DNA of 64,000 nt from Vicugna vicugna (lineage: Eukaryota): assembly GCA_013265495.1 (NCBI GenBank), contig MU058037.1, forward strand, positions 1,799,498-1,863,497, given 5' to 3'. Below, one piece after another: positions 63,920 through 64,000 of this stretch. The notes beneath the pieces are model-generated. The model was not told where the DNA came from. It did no database searches and saw nothing but the letters and a program-made list of their open reading frames with translations. Position 1 is the first letter of the stretch, and every line of letters starts with the position of its first letter. Both the position numbers and the translations under genes were made by a program.

Positions 63920-64000
63920 CAGTAAGGAGTTCTCACACTTTTTTGTGCCATGAGCCCCTTTGACATATGATGAAGCCTATGAATTGAAACCTCTTCTCAG
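63920..64000. mobile_element. hAT-Charlie-like MITE start (truncated by window edge)
   Basis: TTCTCACACTTTTTTGTGCCATGAGCCCCTTTGAC...TGAAGCCTATG...CTTCTCAG. Confidence 0.6.

Noticed and set aside
1..64000. A novel multi-gene system (operon, defence island, CRISPR array, intact ERV)
   Set aside because: No long ORFs, no regularly spaced repeat-spacer array and no gag/pol/env; all LTRs appear solo or fragmentary

Overview
AT-rich, CpG-depleted mammalian genomic DNA, intergenic or deep intronic. It is almost certainly camelid, judging by two tRNA-Ala(AGC)-derived vic-1-type SINEs and several young lineage-type L1 3' ends. I recognise no protein-coding gene: the short ORFs are repeat-derived or chance, and there is no prokaryotic or CRISPR-like system. 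A large share of the window is transposon-derived (L1, L2, L3/CR1, MIR, MaLR/ERVL solo LTRs, hAT MITEs), often nested with readable target-site duplications (TSDs). Repeat subfamily names are from my recollection of consensus sequences and many boundaries are approximate. Best observations: (1) an undecayed, tailless retroposed copy of exactly the 5' exon of intron-containing tRNA-Ile(TAT) between perfect 16-bp TSDs at 32227-32299; (2) a 4.3-kb L1 with both termini but lacking the ORF2 endonuclease and RT domains, apparently carrying a ~100-bp 3' transduction (9741-14226); (3) small fold-back/template-switch duplications; (4) a few candidate exons and enhancer-like motif clusters in unique DNA.
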